Below, one piece after another: positions 56,801 to 64,000 of a DNA stretch of 64,000 nt. Where the stretch lies: assembly GCA_040285855.1 (NCBI GenBank), contig JAUFOQ010000016.1, forward strand, positions 868,001-932,000, given 5' to 3'. The DNA is from Eukaryota sp. GEM-RC1 (Eukaryota). The notes beneath the pieces are model-generated. The model worked only from the letters and a program-made list of their open reading frames with translations. It made no database searches and had not been told where the DNA came from. The position numbers and the translations under genes were made by a program. Every line of letters begins with the position of its first letter. Within the stretch, counting starts at the first letter, position 1.

Positions 56801-59047
56801 GGGCAATTTGATTTAGCAATGTCTGCCAGAGCCACGGCTGCTGACGTCACCATCACTCATCGATTGTTGTCCACGTATCTCCAGTACTTCTCTGGATTTG
56901 GAGATTTATTCTTTTTAGATAAGTTTCAAGAGCTTTACTATAGCGGAGTTAGAGAAGAAATGATTCGAAAAACATTGGATATGGAATTGTCAGATGCTGA
57001 ACTTTCAGAAATTTCGCAGGGTAACACACATTTGAATGAAATTAAATATTTAGAAAGAATTGCTCTATCTCTACTTCCTGTCGTTTATCCTTTTCCCCAG
57101 GATATGTTCTCCTTCCTGTCCAATTTCACTTACAACATTGACGATGAAACCGTTGCTTTTAAGCGTGCTTTAGAGTTTCCTGGTGTTACTCACTGGTATT
57201 CCAATCTAACTCACGATATGTCTCTCAATCACGATGAGATTTTGACCTTGGCACGTCATGCCATCTGTTCTCCTCGCTGGTTGCAGATCAATTCAAGATT
57301 CATGGCGGCAATGGAGGGAGTTCCCGCTCAAATCGTAGAATCCAGGAACGAACAAATTAAGGAAATGGTTGAAGATGTTAATGTTTCTCTATTTGCTGTT
57401 GTATTGTCAATTGGTACGTGTGCTGTAATCTTTCTAATTTCCTTCGCCGTGTTCATATTTAACCGTAAAGCTATTAAATTCGGGCACTTTTTCTTTGTTT
57501 TTGCTGGTCTCTTTGTCCTTGGTGTTCTCGCTTCCGCTATAGCACTTCTATTCTTCAAACAAGAAACCTTTTACAATGTCCAGAACATTGCTTTAGAAGG
57601 AGTTGATTTCTTTTCACACCTAATTCAAACCGAGTTTTTGTTCCATGGAATTAAGAGAACCCCTCAAGTAATGGCGTATGAAGAGATTGATTATTTTCCT
57701 AGATTTTCTGGTCGATTGGATGATATGAGAGACAATATGGAGCAGCTGATGTCTTCTGAGAAGTGCGATCCCAAGGTTCTTGGTAGTTTATGTGAGCAAA
57801 TAGCTAGTCAGAGCTCTGCCATTTCCTCCAGACTACCTACTATTATGCAACGGATCCAAATATCTGCCAGACTAAAGCTCTCAGCCTTGAACATTGAGAC
57901 CCACAACTTATCCCACGTTACCTGGACGGAGGAATCCACCTCAGATCCTTCATGGACACTCCCTTGGGATTTAGCTCTTACTAACACTGAAGATGACTTG
58001 AACAAGGATGCTGAAGCTAAGTCTTTATTAGCTATGGGTTTGCTTTCCTCTAGAGATTACGAAGAAATGACTAGTGATATTGCTGGAATGTTTAATTCAT
58101 TGAGAGGGTTAACTGTTAATTACTTGACAGATATATTGAAGAGGGAAGCAGGCAACGTCGATCTTTTTTCGTCTGTCGTTGTAGTCGCAATTGGGCTCAC
58201 TATTGCCTTTTTGATTATGTTTGCGGTATTCTTTTTGATTGCTGGTCGTAAACGACGTGATTCAATGTCAATAATTCAACAAAAGGTCAGGATAGCATCT
58301 GTTGAAAAGTTTACAAAACACTATGTTTATGCCCTTACCGGATTGTTTATTCTACTTTTATTCTTCTTCGCCTTCAGTATCACTTCATTTATCTCAATTT
58401 CCTCTTTCCCTGAACATTTCACTGAACTCGGTCATAGAGCTGCCCTGGTTCCCGTGGTTAACACTCACATAGCTAGAGGATGTTCAAATCCTGAAGTGAT
58501 GAACTTGGCTTTTAACGATGCACTTGATAGTGCTAGTCAATTACTACGAGCTCATAATGATTTAGTGCCGCTTTTGATCAAAACAGGTAATCGGCAGTCG
58601 TCATTGTTGTTTGATACGTCATTTGAGGATGCTGAGCGGTATTTTTCTGATAGTGATAACAATCATGGAATGCACTCTTTATTGAACTATTTTGTTGATA
58701 ATGTCAAGAAGTTTGCTAATCAAGAGGCTAATATTGACTGTTCCTGTGATGGGGAATATTTCAAAGGAATTCTGCGTGCAGGACATCTACTAACTAACAT
58801 GTCTTTTCATAGCATTGATTATTTCTTTGATTATATTTCAAATCAACGTGTGTTTTTCAGCACAAGTTTGTTGATTATATTTATAGTATTTGTTGTTCTT
58901 TTAGTAGTTTGTTATGTCTTTGTGTTTAGAACAATGTTGTGTACTCTAGATAATGAAGAGACCACCACACTGTCCTTTTTGGACATGTTATCGGACGGAG
59001 CTTTACAACAGTCGAATTTGTTGAAGACTTATTTGTCGGCGTTATAA
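53802..59047 (+). CDS. Very large multipass membrane protein (TmcB/TmcC-like architecture); 29-nt intron at 53828-53856 and apparent indels
   Basis: N-terminal multi-TM block (LFLPML, NPFSK...SHPR, LPFY), helical region (QFWNIL..., YANFAKDI) and repeated TM-loop-TM modules (ILNLFLHIP, FLDML). Splicing gtatgt...cctag gives an ATG start, MSETSANSIINVVGNTQPK. Confidence 0.7.
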
Positions 59048-59741
59048 AACAGTTGTTTAGTAGGGTGAGGTGTTTGTATTATATTTTTAAAATTGTCTAT
59101 AAATATGACATTAGATGTTCAACTACTGTACATATTTTGGAACACAAATACTGGAAACTGTTATAGACCTCTTTTTTTGTCTGTATTTACCACTTCACTT
59201 ACTGCATTACTATTCGATTGTGAGAATCTCCAATTGTGTATTCTAGATTGCTTGGAATTCGACCGAACAGTAGTCAAAATTGTGAATGGTAACGGAGAAA
59301 GGGTATGATCACCAAAATACGTTTATGAATAAAAAACATGTAAAGTAGACTTTTTGGGTACAGAAGTTTGTCATAATATTGGTTACAATCGTAAGAGAGG
59401 ATTCTATTTTATGTATTTGGAAAAATCAATATCTCATTTTGGTGTCGAAGCAAGTGTATACGGAGGGCCAGACACCAGAACCTTGAGTCTGTGCTACATA
59501 TTTGAGAGGTCATAGGGTCACTTTTGCAGTAATCGAAAGTTCACCTTTCACAGAAATTCTGCGATAATTGTATGAATTTCAGAAGTAATCGTAACTCTAG
59601 GAATTCCTGAGTCATGACGCCAGTTATTGAAAATTATAGCCTATTGGCGTGTTTTCGAAAAAACACCCTGCCCATGTTCACGCAAGTCCACAAACATTAC
59701 TGTAGACTTATGTATAAGGGTATATCATATTACCTGACTCA

Positions 59742-60782
59742 ATGTCGTTCAATGAATATCTTGCAAACAATAATGTGATCCTAGCCGATGGTGGCACAAT
59801 GTTCGAAATGGAATCACGTGGGTATAACTCAGCTGGACGATGGATACCAGAGTGTGTTCTAGAGGAACCAGAAGCTGTGGAGCAGATGCACAAAGAATTC
59901 GCAGAGTTTGATATCTCTTGATTAACAATAGTGCTGGTGCAGAAGTATGTAAAACAAATATCACGCTACCCGAAGATTATCCAATGTATTAACTTCTACG
60001 CTCATCAACAAAAGGCGAAACAAATAGGCTATGATATTGACATACACAAACTCAATAACCAAGCAATGAGACTAGCCAGGAATGGAGTACAACGATCTCA
60101 GCAGAAGTTCAACAGGTCAATCTTCCTAGCAGGCGGGCTCTCCCCGATATCGTTTTTCATTCCACAAGAAAGGTCAGCTGATATTATTGCAGAAACATTT
60201 AAAGATCAAATAAGATCACAAGCCTCAGAAGCTGACGTGATATTCGCAGAGACCTTCTACACTACAGAGGAAGCCAAGCTGGCAATCCGAGCAGCCAAGA
60301 GTCAAGGAGTTCAAGTAATTTGTACTATCCATGGAGATCGATCTACTATTAAAGAAGACATGGAAACACTAATTTCAGAAGATCCGTTAGGAATTGGATT
60401 AAACTGTTATCATGGACCAAAACCAATGTTGGAGATGATGAACGAAATTCATAAGAGAGTCCGAGTTCCAGAGCATATTCATCTTGCCTGTCAACCAGTT
60501 GGATATGACGTAGAGGAATGGGAGCAGTACCCAGGATTCCCGATTGCTATGGAGAAGGTACAGATAACAAGGATGGAAGCAGCGAAGTTTGCCCGAAATG
60601 CATGTGATTTAGGAATTAAAGTTATAGGAGGATGTTGTGGATTCCGTCCAGTACATATTAGGGCTATGTGTACAGCACTAGGAAAACAATGCAGAAGCCA
60701 AAAGTTTGAACCGGAGATGCAGTATTCCAGATTTCCAGGAGTGAAGCAAAGAGTTGGAGATTATTGGTCTCGATTTGAATAA
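59742..60782 (+). CDS. Homocysteine S-methyltransferase (BHMT-like); exons 59742-59905, 59932-59944, 59976-60782
   Basis: Spliced reading ILADGGTMFEMESRGY..G.W.PE....PEAVEQMHKEFADAGAEIIQCINFYA. Zinc ligands GLNC and IGGCCGFRP.HIRAM, plus FPIAME and ITRMEAAKFAR typical of BHMT. Confidence 0.92.
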
Positions 60783-60806
60783 ACGAATGAATTGTGAGGT
60801 ATGAAA

Positions 60807-61419
60807 CATGGAACGCAAATGTTCCGTACCGCGGCGATTTTAGGCGTACCGTACCGTACGTACGTACGTCCGGTACAAGTACCGGTACTGTACTTCTGAC
60901 CAACTAAAATAAATTATTACTATTTTGAACATGATGGTCCAATGCGAGATTGTAACAGTTACAATCGTCATAAATTTCACCGTTAAACAATGCTCAGGAT
61001 ATCAAAATCGTGATTGTCACATGTATTCACATTTAGGGTATGTCATTTGCTGACCACCACTTCCCCAAAATGACATTTTTACGAACGAAGCTCATTAATC
61101 GCTCGCAAGCAACAATAGTATCAGCGTCTTCGAATCGCAACGTATTTATCAAGTGGATACGACGATAACAATGATAGAGGGCCCAAAAACCCACAGATTG
61201 ATTTTCTAAACGATCAGATGATGCGGTAGCAATTTGCATTAGTTCTGTGCTTGACTAGTGTTTGACCTCCACTCAAAAAATAGTATTTGTAAATCCATTT
61301 AGAATAATCGTAAATTCGCTTTGTATAAAATCAAATGACGTCGGTACGGATAAAATAAATCGGTACGTACCGATCCGTACCGATACGATACGATACGAAC
61401 CAAAGATTTGCGCACATTG
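60807..61419. mobile_element. Non-autonomous hAT-like element with cgtac subterminal repeats
   Basis: Imperfect TIRs catggaacgcaaat / atttgcgcacattg. Perfect TSD gtatgaaa (60799-60806, 61420-61427). cgtaccgtac clusters at both ends. Confidence 0.75.
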
Positions 61420-61427
61420 GTATGAAA

Positions 61428-62054
61428 CAGGGGTGGGAAAACATTATTGCAATAAATATGAACTTATTCTAGCCACAAAATTAATATTGCAATTCTGAAA
61501 TACATGTAGTGTCAATAACTATTGCGTTTCTTCAACCAATATTGCAATATTTCAATACTGCAACAATATGAATCACTTTATGAAAAAAAATCTCCGAAAT
61601 AATCTCAATACAGACCATTATCTACATCGTCGTGTTTTGTACTGCTCATGATATGTCTTAAAGTAGCTTCATCCAAAACGTCACTGTTTTCTTTCATCAT
61701 TATGTGCATTTCAGGGCTTCAGAGAAAATCACTTCAGCGGAAAGAATTTACATTGTACTTCAGAAAATACTCGAGCTGAGCTCAAATGACAGACATTATG
61801 ATAATGAAACAACTAGAAATCATTACCAATAAAACAACTCTCCCTAAATCTAAACATATATAACAACAAAACTGGTTTTGGAAATCCAAATGGTGATGCA
61901 AAACAACCAAATGAACAACTCAAAGTATATTGGCAAATATTGCAATAATTAACCGGTGTAACAATAAATATTGCTCCACCTCAAAGAGCGGAAATATATA
62001 TTGGAGCAATGTTTATTGCGATATTGGAAAAGCAATATTGTTTTCACACCCCTG
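61428..62054. mobile_element. Non-autonomous hAT-like element (uninterrupted relative of 23328-25390)
   Basis: TIRs caggggtgggaaaaca / tgttttcacacccctg. Perfect TSD gtatgaaa (61420-61427, 62055-62062). Confidence 0.92.
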
Positions 62055-62064
62055 GTATGAAATG

Positions 62065-62395
62065 CAGTGAACGCTAACACGTTCAAAAATCGAATCTAAC
62101 ACGTGTTAACACGTGTTAACACGCGTGTTACGTGTTACGTGTTTGCGTTACAAGAATTTTTCCTGGTTTCTGGATCAATGATAAACAGCTCGTTTCTTCT
62201 ACACATTCATCCCTACAATACCCTACAATCCTGTGGGGACTTCTAAAACGTTGTCTTTCATTCTTTTAGCAACAAAATAACATCTACACAACATTCAGAC
62301 CGAATATGGTAACCGATATTTGCCTGTTAGAAATCAGCCAAAATTCCTAACACGCGTGTTACGTGTCAGGCCGTGTTACTTGTTGGCGTTCACTG
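62065..62395. mobile_element. Non-autonomous hAT-like element with taacacg subterminal repeats
   Basis: TIRs cagtgaacgctaaca / tgttggcgttcactg. Perfect TSD atgaaatg (62057-62064, 62396-62403). Confidence 0.9.
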
Positions 62396-63548
62396 ATGAA
62401 ATGTGTCAAAATTGTTGTGGAAACCAGACTACTGCACCGGCAGCAGTATAGTCTCACTGAGACTAATTTGTTACTGAGACTAATTTTGTACTGAGACCCT
62501 CTCATTAGATAATTTAAAATATTTTGAACATCAAAATATGCCAAAAATAGCTGTGAAATTAATATAATGAAAAACAAATAAAAACCAAACATCTTATTAG
62601 TACATTTTCTCTCAGTCACTAATCGATGAATGCACAATCCATTTGATCATCCCTTTCTTGTCGAAATAGGTTAAGTTACTTTCTGCTTCGTGTAAGTGTT
62701 CTAACGGTGTCGCCATTCCATAGAGATCTTCAAAATTAGTTCAATATTCAGCATCGTAGACGACCATGAGAATCGTTCATTGATCATATGCCCGGATACA
62801 GTCGTTGGATTGGCTTAAGAACACAGGTAAAAGCTCGTCTGCATCGGTTAGGTTCGACATTGAAATGGCAAAGTTTGAGGAAAAATGTCTCAACTTTGAT
62901 TTTTGGCTGAACTTGAGTATTTCACACATCATGTTTCAAGTCAATCAACAACCTTGAGCACTAAATTAACTCAGGCACTATGTAGATCAATGAAGTTTAC
63001 TTTCCGACATTCTATTTATATTAATGTATATTTTGTTTTATTTGCATGATCCTGAAAAGTTGCAAAAATAAATATACATGTAAATATAAATAGGAATAAA
63101 TATTCATAAATAGAAATTATATTTATCTATGAGGATCCCTGAGTGAGATTAATTATGTCCTGAAATATCTTTGTTGTATATGTTTAATATGTACAGTATT
63201 CATAAATTTCATTTAAAACAGAAATCGTCTATCCTCTAACAACAACCACTTCTATTAAATTCCTGTTCATCATTACAGGTTTTAAATTCCATTTTTCAAA
63301 CGAACTACGGTTCCTCTTTTATTCTGAATGATATGTTACGCACCCTATATTTGTATCGTTCACATTTGGTCTCGGACTCTATTATTCATTGTTGTAAGGT
63401 GTCGTTGGACACTGTAAGTCAAGTTTTACGAAGTACAGCAGGCAAAAGCAATCAATGTGGTCACCGCATTCTTCACCTTGGAGTCAGGTTTTAATTACAA
63501 AGATTGTCATCATAATTTGAATGTTTTTGCAAAACAAAACTAGTGATC

Positions 63549-64000
63549 AAAAAGTGGGGTTTATGATCAATCAGTGAAATCAATGCATTTGCAGAAATCA
63601 ATAACTAACAGACACTAACTAAAGTATCTAAACTATGATCCTTCTGTCCATCACCGAACAACTTACCTGAAATTGAATTAAAATGTCTGTGCATTGAACG
63701 AAACAACGCAAATCTTACCCTACTCAACCAAATAATTTCATTGAAAACTTTACCATACTCAGAACACAATTTACCAAAGGAAGTTAAAAAACCTTGTGCA
63801 GCTGGTCCAACATGACCGTATATCGACATCGCAAAAGGTTGAAACACAAAAGAATTGTACCTGTCAACATTCAATTGGTTAATTAAGTGACAGTACTTTG
63901 TGTTTTTTCCTTTTTCAGCCACTTCAAGAGCAAAAAAATCATCAAAAATTTTGGAAATTGATCTTGAATCAATTAACAGTTGAGAAATTCATGATAATTT
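63549..64000 (-). mobile_element. 3' end of an RLE-type non-LTR retrotransposon (continues beyond the window)
   Basis: AEKGKNTKY..FQPFAMSIYGHVGPAAQGFL..WLSRVRFALFR, stop at 63605, then the conserved 3' UTR. Confidence 0.85.

Noticed and set aside
62441..63160. actgagac repeats suggesting a fourth stacked transposon
   Set aside because: Subterminal-like repeats are visible at 62450-62500, but I could not identify a TIR pair or TSD.

Overview
Gene-dense genomic DNA from a compact, intron-poor unicellular eukaryote. It uses the standard code, has tiny 26-43 nt GT-AG introns, and has head-to-head genes only 40-100 bp apart. Host genes include KRR1, glycyl-tRNA synthetase, an LRR/coiled-coil protein, an ankyrin protein, a Rad21/Rec8 kleisin, a NEK kinase, a p24/TMED, a Patched/NPC1-like protein, an NDR kinase, a CDP-alcohol phosphotransferase, RPB7, a DEX1-like FG-GAP protein, RRP40, SKP1, a kinesin, a TmcB-like multipass protein, a BHMT-like methyltransferase and two RING-kinase-TM paralogues. 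Many ORFs are split by single-base indels at homopolymer runs, most likely long-read assembly errors. Intergenic DNA is packed with non-autonomous hAT elements (8-bp TSDs), pogo-like TA-flanked ends and truncated RLE-type non-LTR retrotransposons. The main finding is an ~8 kb accessory island (~2.6-10.9 kb). It has a PIF1 helicase on the minus strand. Divergent from it is a plus-strand reading unit that, after correcting five homopolymer indels, reads as one ~1,570-aa protein: Ulp1/C48-like cysteine protease, linker, degenerate PolB-type 3'-5' exonuclease fold, Fanzor1 (TnpB-like RuvC nuclease) and a CCHC zinc knuckle. A strongly base-paired non-coding segment follows immediately and is a candidate omegaRNA. 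All family calls come from motif recognition by eye; no searches were run.
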